The notes under the pieces are model-generated. The model was not told the DNA's origin. It saw nothing but the letters and a program-made list of their open reading frames with translations, and searched no databases. Below are positions 39,903-48,758 of a DNA stretch of 64,000 nt, in pieces; the stretch's first letter is position 1; each line of letters opens with the position of its first letter. The position numbers were made by a program, and so were the translations under genes. Location: the NCBI GenBank assembly GCA_963737155.1, contig CAVTRN010000001.1, forward strand, positions 416,001 to 480,000, in the 5' to 3' direction. Source of the stretch: Nitrospirota bacterium. GTDB lineage: Bacteria; Nitrospirota; UBA9217.

Positions 39903-40928
39903 CTACACTTTTACGTCTCTTAGATACTTGGCTGCGTCTTCCGGTGGTGTAGGATTGATATAAAAGCCGGAACCCCATTCGAACCCCGCAACCCGGGTCA
40001 GCCGCGGCATAATCTCGAGGTGCCAGTGAAAATCGTCGTTCAGGGTGTGCCAATGGCCCCGGCGTGGTACGCGGTTCGGCGCGGTGTACAGCATGAAGTT
40101 ATAGGGCGGACGATTAAGCACTTTCCCGAGCTTCTGCAGCGTGTGGCGTAGCGTTCGGGCAAAGTCCATTATCTCCTCTTTGGTCACATCGACATAGGAG
40201 CAGAGGTGCTTCTTAGGGTAGATCCATATCTCAAAGGGAAAGCGCGGCGCGAATGGCACCATGACCAGGAAGTGACGGGTCTCCTCGACCACGCGCTCGG
40301 GAGTGGAGAGCTCCTGTCTGATCACGTCGCAGAAGATGCACCGTTCTTTATAATCGAAGTACGCTTTTGCTCCGTCGAGTTTTTCCTTTACAAACTTGGG
40401 GATGACCGGCGTCGCAATAAGCTGGGAATGGGGATGGTTTAGGGCCGAACCGGCGATCCAACCCTGGTTCTTGAAAACAAGCACATAGCGAAGCCGGCTG
40501 TCGCGCTCGAGATCGAGTATGCGGTCGCGGTAGGACCAGAGCACTTTTTCAACTTGGCTATCCGGCAAGTCCTCAAGCCTGGCTGCGTGCTCAGGGCTTT
40601 CAATAATAATCTCGTGGGCACCGATGCCGTTCATCCAGTCATAAATGCCGGCACCCTCGCGCTCGAGAGTGCCTTCGATATGAAGAACGGGAAATTTGCT
40701 GGGAATCACCCGGACCCACCAGCCGGCAGAATTCGATAGGGTATTCTCAGGCCGGAACGATGCGATCTCCGGAGGTGTTTTTGCTTCGTTTCCTCCGCAG
40801 AAAGGACACTCCGACGATTTTACCTCATCGGGCGGCTCTTCAAAACTGTAGTCTTCGGGTCTTTTCGGACGCTCGGTGGATACTATGATCCACCGGCCCA
40901 CGATGGGGTCCTTGCGCAAACGTGTCAT
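39903..40928 (-). CDS. galT: Galactose-1-phosphate uridylyltransferase
   Basis: CPFC, HPHSQ, CIFC, HWHLEI. Confidence 0.93.
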   Translation of the reverse strand: MTRLRKDPIVGRWIIVSTERPKRPEDYSFEEPPDEVKSSECPFCGGNEAKTPPEIASFRPENTLSNSAGWWVRVIPSKFPVLHIEGTLEREGAGIYDWMNGIGAHEIIIESPEHAARLEDLPDSQVEKVLWSYRDRILDLERDSRLRYVLVFKNQGWIAGSALNHPHSQLIATPVIPKFVKEKLDGAKAYFDYKERCIFCDVIRQELSTPERVVEETRHFLVMVPFAPRFPFEIWIYPKKHLCSYVDVTKEEIMDFARTLRHTLQKLGKVLNRPPYNFMLYTAPNRVPRRGHWHTLNDDFHWHLEIMPRLTRVAGFEWGSGFYINPTPPEDAAKYLRDVKV

Positions 40929-40929
40929 C

Positions 40930-41307
40930 TCAGTTACCAGACCTCGCCTTTTGCTCCGTCAGCACCTTGTGAACAATCCTTTTCAGCTCTTTAATGCGAA
41001 TGGGTTTATTGATATATTCGGCAGCGCCAAGGCTCATTGCCTTGAGATAGCTTTCTACCTCGCCGTAGGCCGTGACCATGATCACGTCAGTTTTGGAGCC
41101 GATTTTCCGGATCTCCTGAAGGAGCTGAAGGCCGTCCATTACAGGCATCTTGATATCCGTGATCACAAGGTTAAAGGGTTGGTTTTTAAAGAGCGCCAGC
41201 GCGTCTTCGCCGCTTTGGGCGAGGGCCACTTCATAACCTTCGTCGGTCAATATTGTGTTGAACAGCTCGCGCGCGCCTTCTTCATCGTCAACTACAAGAA
41301 TTTTCAT
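40930..41307 (-). CDS. Single-domain response regulator
   Basis: ILVVDDE, TDIKMP, TAY, KP. Confidence 0.93.
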   Translation of the reverse strand: MKILVVDDEEGARELFNTILTDEGYEVALAQSGEDALALFKNQPFNLVITDIKMPVMDGLQLLQEIRKIGSKTDVIMVTAYGEVESYLKAMSLGAAEYINKPIRIKELKRIVHKVLTEQKARSGN

Positions 41308-41612
41308 CAGCTCTCCTAAAATCCTGAAAACGGCAATTGAAAATCAAATCTATCATTGAAAAGCAATACATTATAACCGGTTATGGCAACTGCGGAGCAG
41401 TTTACATTGTCGCCCGATGGGTTTGGTGAAAAATTGAAGCATCTAATTGATTTTATGAGAAAACAGGCGTTGGCCGCTTTTTTTAGGCAAATACATAGTA
41501 TGTCAAAAATAACATAAAACAACGTAATCGTCAAGGTTGCGGCAAGAAACTGATTTTAGCGGGGAATTGGCATTCGACCAGGGAGGTTGAAACGTTAATC
41601 CTTCTAAAATTT

Positions 41613-42377
41613 TCATCGATTTATTTCATATAGGAACAGCAAACCATCGAGCGTTAAGTGAGACCGTATCTCTTCGATGCTCTTCGTTTCCGGAGATACC
41701 AGTTCGGCAAGCCCGCCTGTCGCGATAACTTTGGCATTTGGAGACAACTCTTTCTTCATCCGTTCAACAATACCGTCCACCAAGCCGGCATAGCCATAAA
41801 TGATACCCGACTGCATGGCGCTGATCGTATCAACGCCGATCACCCTCTCGGGCTTAAGCAGCTCCACGCGCGGGAGCTTCGACGCGCGCTGGAACAACGC
41901 CTCGGCGGATATTTTTATCCCCGGGCAGATTGCCCCGCCTATGTACTCTCCGCTCTTCGTCACTGCGCAAAATGTCGTGGCCGTGCCGAAGTCAACGATT
42001 ATGATCGGGCCGCCGAAGAGCTTGTAGGCAGCAGCGGCATTCACGATCCTGTCCGCCCCGACCTCCTTAGGATTATCAGAGCGGATGGTTATGCCCGTTT
42101 TGAGTTCGTGCGTAACGATCACGGGGTCGATGTGGAAATACTTGCGCGACATCTCGCTCATCACGGACAACAGCGGCGGAACGACGGTCGAAATGATCAC
42201 TCCTGTTATCCGGTTGAAATCGAGCTTGGCAAAGTTGAAGAGGTCACTGAAGATCATCGCATACTCATCAGGCGTGATCTGCGTATTGGTTCCGACGCGC
42301 CAGTTAGCGACGAGCGTTTTCCCGTCGAATACGCCGAGGACCACATTCGTATTGCCAATATCTATGGCGAGAAGCAT
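41613..42377 (-). CDS. coaX: Type III pantothenate kinase
   Basis: IDIGNT, GADR, VDFGTATT, IATGG. Confidence 0.96.
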   Translation of the reverse strand: MLLAIDIGNTNVVLGVFDGKTLVANWRVGTNTQITPDEYAMIFSDLFNFAKLDFNRITGVIISTVVPPLLSVMSEMSRKYFHIDPVIVTHELKTGITIRSDNPKEVGADRIVNAAAAYKLFGGPIIIVDFGTATTFCAVTKSGEYIGGAICPGIKISAEALFQRASKLPRVELLKPERVIGVDTISAMQSGIIYGYAGLVDGIVERMKKELSPNAKVIATGGLAELVSPETKSIEEIRSHLTLDGLLFLYEINR

Positions 42378-42442
42378 GATTCCTCCTGGCAACAAAAAAA
42401 TTAAGTAGAAGCAAAAAGCAAGAGAGTGTCAGCACTTCCTTG

Positions 42443-43426
42443 CTAGATGCCTCTTGCCACTTTCCGTAGACTCACGTCCCCCGCCGAAACGAAACGGATA
42501 CTGCCGTCATCGAGCCTGATGATGAGCCTACCATCCTCGTCAATACCCTGGGCCAGCCCTTCCAGCGTCTCACCGACACCGACCACACGAATCTGGCTCC
42601 CCACGGTCATGTTGAGCTTTTGCCATTCCTGCAGCACCTCCGGCGAATTTGCAAGAAACACTTGGTACCAGCGCTCGAGGCTTCGAAGGTGTTCCTGAAG
42701 GAGCAATGTCCTGTTTATCCTGTCTCCTGCTTCCGCGGCAAGCGATGTGCTGAAAACGCTGACTTCTGGTGGAAGTGTCTCCGGGGCCATATTCACGTTG
42801 ACGCCGATGCCGAGCACAATGTGACGGATCTGGTCTTGCTCAGCGCTCATCTCCGTAAGCAGGCCGCTCACTTTTTTACCGGATATCAGAATGTCATTCG
42901 GCCACTTGATTACAGCGGCTACTTGGCAGACTGTCCTGATCGCCGAGGCAACAGCGACGGCCCCCATCATCGTGATAAGCGGTGCTTTATACACGGGTAT
43001 CATCGGACGCAAGATGACGCTGAGGTAAAGGTTCCCTTTTGGTGAAATCCACGTTCTTCCAAGCCTGCCCTTGCCGCCGGACTGCGTTTCAGCGACCACC
43101 ACCGTTCCTTCAGGCGATCCCTTCGACGCCAGCTCCATGGCAAGAATGTTCGTGGAATCAACCTTGGGAAGAAGAACCAATTCTCTACCCATTTTTTTTG
43201 TCTTCAGCCCCTGCTTTATGTCACGCTCCCGGAGAATGTCGGGAACAGAGGTAATGCGGTACCCCTGTGATGGGACTGCTTCAATCACGAATCCGTCGCG
43301 TTCGAGCGATTTTATATGCTTCCACACCATGGTGCGGGAGATGCCGATCTTTCTCGCGAGTTCTTCACCGGACAGGAACCCGGACCGGGCAGACCGAAGA
43401 AGGTTCAGGATTTTATTTTTGGCCAT
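42443..43426 (-). CDS. birA: Bifunctional biotin ligase/repressor
   Basis: SGEELA..ISRTMVWK, GKGRLGR.W, KWPND. Confidence 0.96.
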   Translation of the reverse strand: MAKNKILNLLRSARSGFLSGEELARKIGISRTMVWKHIKSLERDGFVIEAVPSQGYRITSVPDILRERDIKQGLKTKKMGRELVLLPKVDSTNILAMELASKGSPEGTVVVAETQSGGKGRLGRTWISPKGNLYLSVILRPMIPVYKAPLITMMGAVAVASAIRTVCQVAAVIKWPNDILISGKKVSGLLTEMSAEQDQIRHIVLGIGVNVNMAPETLPPEVSVFSTSLAAEAGDRINRTLLLQEHLRSLERWYQVFLANSPEVLQEWQKLNMTVGSQIRVVGVGETLEGLAQGIDEDGRLIIRLDDGSIRFVSAGDVSLRKVARGI

Positions 43427-43543
43427 AGAAATAGGGGGCAAAGGTCATCGAACAAGGAATTTAAAACTGGAACAAGTGATGGCGACGCTCTGTATGTTGT
43501 GACTCCAGTCGACCATTGCCTAAACCCCTGCCCTCTGAACCGC

Positions 43544-44365
43544 TTATTGTATTTTCATGCTGATGTCCACAGACGGCGCCGAGTGAGTCAGGCTGCCTGA
43601 AGAGATGAAATCAACTCCAGTTTCCGCAATTTGCCGGATGGTCTCAAGCGTGACATTACCAGACGCTTCAACGAGGGCGCACCCGGCAATCATTTTCACG
43701 GCATCCCGCATCACTTCTATCGGCATGTTATCGAGCATGATAACGTCTGCGTTTACAGCCAATGCCTCGCGCACGTCATCGAGTGTTTTGGTTTCAACTT
43801 CGATCTTCAGCAGATGGTGAGCGATCTTCCTTGCTCCTTCGACAGCCCTGGCGATACCGCCCGCCGCCTTGATATGATTGTCCTTAATCAGCACACCGTC
43901 GAAGAGTCCGAAACGATGGTTCTTCCCGCCGCCGACGCGTATCGCATATTTTTCGAGTTGTCTCAACCCCGGAAGCGTTTTTCGCGTGTCCAGCACACCG
44001 ACCTTTAACCCTCTGCACTTGTCGACATACTTCGCCGTCAGTGTGGCAATACCGGATAGATGCTGAAGTAGGTTCAGCGCCACCCGCTCGCCCGCGAGAA
44101 GAGCCCTCGTACTGCCGGACAGCTTTGCGATCTCCGTGCCTGCGTTTATCCTGCCGCCATCCATCGCAAAAACCGTAACTTGGATATCAGGATCTAGATG
44201 ATGAAACACCGCGCGGCTGACATCCAGTCCAGCCAGGACAAGGTCCTGCTTTGCGAGCATAACGGCTACGGAGACTGACTCTGCCCGAATGGTTGCTTCG
44301 GAGGTAATATCCCCGGGGCCAATGTCTTCGGCAAGTGCCAGTTCTATGAGTTTTCTTATATTCAT
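43544..44365 (-). CDS. nadC: Quinolinate phosphoribosyltransferase
   Basis: DTRKT, NHR.GL, IKDNH, MLDN, EASG. Confidence 0.96.
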   Translation of the reverse strand: MNIRKLIELALAEDIGPGDITSEATIRAESVSVAVMLAKQDLVLAGLDVSRAVFHHLDPDIQVTVFAMDGGRINAGTEIAKLSGSTRALLAGERVALNLLQHLSGIATLTAKYVDKCRGLKVGVLDTRKTLPGLRQLEKYAIRVGGGKNHRFGLFDGVLIKDNHIKAAGGIARAVEGARKIAHHLLKIEVETKTLDDVREALAVNADVIMLDNMPIEVMRDAVKMIAGCALVEASGNVTLETIRQIAETGVDFISSGSLTHSAPSVDISMKIQ

Positions 44366-44385
44366 TTTTTATAGGATGACTAAAG

Positions 44386-47097
44386 TTACCCGAGCATCTT
44401 CAGGCTCTGCTCAAGCTTATCGCGCTTAGCCTTGAACTCTTTAAGTTTAGCAGTATCCTTTTCAACTACTTCTTTCGGCGCTTTATCCACAAAATTCCTG
44501 TTTGAAAGCTTATTGGAGAACACTTCAATATCTTTGGAGATCTTTGCGATTTCTTTCTGAAGCCGGTCGCGTTCCTGGGCGAAGTCGATGATGCCTTCGA
44601 GTGATACATATACCTCCGCGTCCTTGATCACCCCCATTGTCGCCGTTTTCGGCTTTTTCTCGCCTTCCCCTATTCGCAAATCAGACAACCGCGCAAGCGT
44701 CTTTACATAACCGGCAACCTTTTCGAGATGGTCTGCGATGTCCTTGCTCGCAACGTTTACGATGGCTTTTATCTGCATCGAGGGCGCTATATTCATCTCG
44801 CCGCGAATATTGCGGATAGCCATGATCAGATCCATTACCATTTGCATGTCCTGTTCGATCCCGGCATCAATCAGTTTTTCCGCCGCTGCTGGATATAAGG
44901 CGATCATGATCGATTCACATTTAACCCCTGCCCCCTGCTCTTTGACAGCCTCGGGCAGGTTCTGCCAGATTTCTTCGGTAATGAACGGCATGAAGGGATG
45001 CAGGAGACGAAGTTCAGTCTCCAGTACATGGGCAAGCACAGTCTGGGCAGCCTTTCGTTCCGCGGATCCCTTATCAGCATTGAGTGATGGCTTGGACAAC
45101 TCGAGATACCAGTCGCAGTACTCGTGCCAGATGAAATGATACAAGCTCGACGCCGCGTCGTTGAAGCGATAATCCGTGAGCGCTGCACACACCTCTTTTG
45201 TCACCGAGTTCAGGCGAGAGAGAATCCATTTATCGGCAAGCGACGTCTCCTTCGTTATGAGCTGCCCATTCGGCGCAAAGTCCTCCTCGATGTTCATGAA
45301 AACAAACCTGCTAGCGTTCCAGATTTTGTTCGCGAAGTTACGGTAGCCCTCGATGCGCTCCGTGGACATCTTTATGTCCCTGCCCTGGGCCGCAAACGCC
45401 GCAAGTGTGAACCGGAAAGCGTCGGTTCCATACTGATCGATCATGACTAGCGGGTCTATGACATTGCCCTTGGACTTGCTCATTTTTTGGCCTTCAGCAT
45501 CACGCACGAGCGCGTGAATGTAAACGTCTTTGAAGGGTACTTCATTCCTGAAGTGGAGGCCCATCATGATCATGCGCGCGACCCAGAAAAAGATGATGTC
45601 GAAGCTCGTGACCAGAACGGTCGTGGGATAATAAACCGCAAGCTCCTTGGTCTGATCGGGCCAGCCGAGAGTTGAAAATGGCCAGAGAGCCGATGAGAAC
45701 CACGTATCGAGCACATCCGTTTCCTGATGCAGGTGACCGCTCCCACATTTTATGCACGCATCAGCATCGGTACGGCTGACCGTAATCGTCCCGCACTCGT
45801 CACAGTACCACGCGGGGATTCGATGGCCCCACCAGATCTGGCGGGAAATGCACCAGTCCTTGATGTTTCTCATCCATTCGAAATAGGTGTTCTCCCACCC
45901 CTTGGGAACGAACTGCACCCTCCCCTCTTCCACGGCCCTGACCGCTGGCTCGGCAAGCGGCCTCGTATTGACGAACCATTGCGGTGATAGATAAGGTTCG
46001 ACCACGGACCTGCAGCGATAGCACTTGCCCAGGGAATGGGTGTGTTCTTCGGTCTTGACCAGGAAACCACGGGTCTGCAGAAGCTCGACAACGACGCCGC
46101 GCGCTTTTTTTGCGGGTTTTCCCTCAACTAGTTTCTGCACATCGGAAAGCACATCGGGGATATCGTGAAGGATCTCCGCCTTGTCATCGAGCATCTTGAT
46201 GCGCGGGAGGTTGGGCAATTGCCGCTGACCCGCTTCGTAGTCGTTGAAATCATGGGCCGGGGTCACCTTTACGGCACCAGTGCCGAATTCCAGATCGACG
46301 AGGACAGAATCGCCGATGATCGGGATGCGGCGCGTCGTGAGCGGTAAATCAACGGTTTTACCGATAAGGTCTTTGTACCGGGGGTCGAGCGGATGGACGG
46401 CAACGGCCGTATCGCCGAACATCGTTTCGGGCCGCGTCGTCGCAACGGTCAGGCGGATGTTGTGGTCGTGGCTTAGCGGATAGGAAATGTGGTACAACTT
46501 GCCCCTCTCGTCCTCATGTTCCACCTCGATGTCCGACAGCGCGGTGTGGCAACGGGGGCACCAGTTGATCAACCGCTCACCTCGATAAATGAGCCCTTCT
46601 TCATAGAGCGTTACGAAGACCTCCCGCACTGCGCGCGAGAGACCATCGTCCATGGTGAACCGCTCCCGCTGCCAGTCGCAGGATGCCCCCATGCGCTTAA
46701 GCTGATTGATGATCCTGCTGCCATACTCTTTTTTCCACTCCCAGACCTTTTCAATGAATTTTTCCCGGCCAAAAACGTGTCGGTCGATGTTCTCCTTTGC
46801 AAGTTGCCGTTCCACAACATTCTGCGTGGCAATGCCTGCGTGGTCCGTGCCTGGCACCCAAAGCGTGTTCCTTCCTGACATGCGCATCCAGCGAATGAGA
46901 ACATCCTGAAGCGTCGAATTCAGCGCATGGCCGATATGGAGCGATCCGGTGACATTCGGCGGAGGAATCACGATCGAGAATGCCCTGCCACCGGCGTCGG
47001 GATCTGCATGAAAGTAATTCTTCTCGGACCAAAAGCTATACCACTTCCGCTCCACGGCTTTCGGTTCATAAACTTTGGGCAATTCCCGTGATGGCAT
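44386..47097 (-). CDS. valS: Valine-tRNA ligase
   Basis: PPPNVTGSLHIGH, DWCISRQ, KMSKS, C-terminal coiled coil. Confidence 0.98.
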   Translation of the reverse strand: MPSRELPKVYEPKAVERKWYSFWSEKNYFHADPDAGGRAFSIVIPPPNVTGSLHIGHALNSTLQDVLIRWMRMSGRNTLWVPGTDHAGIATQNVVERQLAKENIDRHVFGREKFIEKVWEWKKEYGSRIINQLKRMGASCDWQRERFTMDDGLSRAVREVFVTLYEEGLIYRGERLINWCPRCHTALSDIEVEHEDERGKLYHISYPLSHDHNIRLTVATTRPETMFGDTAVAVHPLDPRYKDLIGKTVDLPLTTRRIPIIGDSVLVDLEFGTGAVKVTPAHDFNDYEAGQRQLPNLPRIKMLDDKAEILHDIPDVLSDVQKLVEGKPAKKARGVVVELLQTRGFLVKTEEHTHSLGKCYRCRSVVEPYLSPQWFVNTRPLAEPAVRAVEEGRVQFVPKGWENTYFEWMRNIKDWCISRQIWWGHRIPAWYCDECGTITVSRTDADACIKCGSGHLHQETDVLDTWFSSALWPFSTLGWPDQTKELAVYYPTTVLVTSFDIIFFWVARMIMMGLHFRNEVPFKDVYIHALVRDAEGQKMSKSKGNVIDPLVMIDQYGTDAFRFTLAAFAAQGRDIKMSTERIEGYRNFANKIWNASRFVFMNIEEDFAPNGQLITKETSLADKWILSRLNSVTKEVCAALTDYRFNDAASSLYHFIWHEYCDWYLELSKPSLNADKGSAERKAAQTVLAHVLETELRLLHPFMPFITEEIWQNLPEAVKEQGAGVKCESIMIALYPAAAEKLIDAGIEQDMQMVMDLIMAIRNIRGEMNIAPSMQIKAIVNVASKDIADHLEKVAGYVKTLARLSDLRIGEGEKKPKTATMGVIKDAEVYVSLEGIIDFAQERDRLQKEIAKISKDIEVFSNKLSNRNFVDKAPKEVVEKDTAKLKEFKAKRDKLEQSLKMLG

Positions 47098-47203
47098 TGA
47101 AAATGCTCTCCTTAATAAAAAGCGCTCGCTTGGAATAAAAAGAGGGGAACAAGTCCCCTCGGCAATACATCCCGAATTCTCCGAATCCAACAGTCCTGTT
47201 GTT

Positions 47204-48577
47204 TTATGTTTCAGCCTTGAGGCGTTCGATCTCTTCTTTTATCAAATGCTCCGCCAGTTGAGGGATCACTTCCCAGGACACCTGCTCAATTACTTCTTTT
47301 GCCATCTCGCGGGCAATCTGTGAAAGAACCGATTCAAGCCCTCTTCTGACCGTTTCATTGGAGATTTTCGGTATTGGCGGGGGCGGCAGGTTTTTGAATA
47401 CGTCCAACGCCATCTTGTTGATCGTTGCTTCCGCCATTTTCCTGAGTTCGCTCTCCGGCAGTGTCGAAGGTTTGGGAATAGCCGTCTTTTCTAGCGTCTC
47501 ATTCACGAATTTTAGGACATTCTCCTCCACCAAACAACGCAGCATCTCTTCGAGAGCTTGAGGTAGCTTTTTCTCAAATACATTTTTAATCATGTTCGCC
47601 GCCGCTTCTTCAATCACGCTCCGCACCACTTCGTCGGAGATTTTTGGCGGCTGGACCGGCGGCATCTGGGCAAACACGTCCTTTGCCATCTTCGTAATGA
47701 TATCTTCCGCCATTTTCCTCAGTTCATCAGCGGACAACGTTGAAGAGACGGCTATGGTCTCAGTCGGCATCGCCGGATGCGACGAGACCGGCGGCATGGA
47801 GACATCTTCCGTCGCTGGCGTCGCCATCGCTGCCTCAAATGATCCGTTGGGAATGGCCTCCGGTGCGGTCTCCACGGTCTGGTCCGTCAGTCCCAGACCA
47901 GCCGGCATCTCATCAAGTGCCTTATCATTACCGACAGGCAAGGCCGCTACTATTTTCCGGCCAAGCGGCTCCATCACCTCTTCCACATCCGGCTCCACCT
48001 CATACACCGTCTCCGCCTCGGGGATTGCCGGAGCTGCGGCCTTTTTGAATTCTGATTCGGTGGGCGCCTCCTGAATAATATCAAATATATCTGTATACGC
48101 TTTCTGAACCGGATTAGCTGCCTGCAACGCTGCATCGGAGAAATATGCGGCCGGCGCCGAGGGTTGCGGACCAGCGGCCGGCTTCTCAACCTCAGCAAGC
48201 TTCGGCGGTGCCGCGGCAAGAGCTTTTTTCACTTTGCCGATCAACTCCTGCGATTCAAAGGGCTTGGCGATATTGTCGATGATGCCTGCGTGCCTTCCTT
48301 TGGTTGAATCATAAACATCATCCCTGCTCATCATGAGAATGACGGGCGTTTGTGCAAGTAACGGCGTCTGCTTCAGCCGTTCGGAAAATGCATATCCGTC
48401 AAGACGCGGCAAGTCCACATCGGCAAGAATGACGTCGGGAATCACGCGGGCCGCCTCACTCAAGGCCTCGTCCCCGTCGCTTACGCTTGTGACTTCGTAG
48501 TCGCGTCCGGAAAAAAGCATTTCCACCACCCTCTGAATGGTGATGCTCTTATCAGCCAGCAAAATCTTAACAGGCAT
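47204..48577 (-). CDS. RomR-like response regulator (REC, Pro-rich linker, helical C-terminus)
   Basis: REC N-terminus; C-terminal WEVIPQLAEHLIKEEIERL; internal duplicated ELRKMAE...PKIS block. Confidence 0.75.
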   Translation of the reverse strand: MPVKILLADKSITIQRVVEMLFSGRDYEVTSVSDGDEALSEAARVIPDVILADVDLPRLDGYAFSERLKQTPLLAQTPVILMMSRDDVYDSTKGRHAGIIDNIAKPFESQELIGKVKKALAAAPPKLAEVEKPAAGPQPSAPAAYFSDAALQAANPVQKAYTDIFDIIQEAPTESEFKKAAAPAIPEAETVYEVEPDVEEVMEPLGRKIVAALPVGNDKALDEMPAGLGLTDQTVETAPEAIPNGSFEAAMATPATEDVSMPPVSSHPAMPTETIAVSSTLSADELRKMAEDIITKMAKDVFAQMPPVQPPKISDEVVRSVIEEAAANMIKNVFEKKLPQALEEMLRCLVEENVLKFVNETLEKTAIPKPSTLPESELRKMAEATINKMALDVFKNLPPPPIPKISNETVRRGLESVLSQIAREMAKEVIEQVSWEVIPQLAEHLIKEEIERLKAET

Positions 48578-48758
48578 GGAACACCCTTTCAAAATCAATG
48601 ATCATGACTTGCTTACCACTATCGAATTCGAGACCTTATACATAATTGAGAATCGACTGATTTCGAATTCACGGGAGAATCGGTTGGTTCCTCATAGCTC
48701 TGTCCCTCTTATGATAATATCAGAAATCGATTCCCTTCGTCCATAGTTGTTTTTGGCG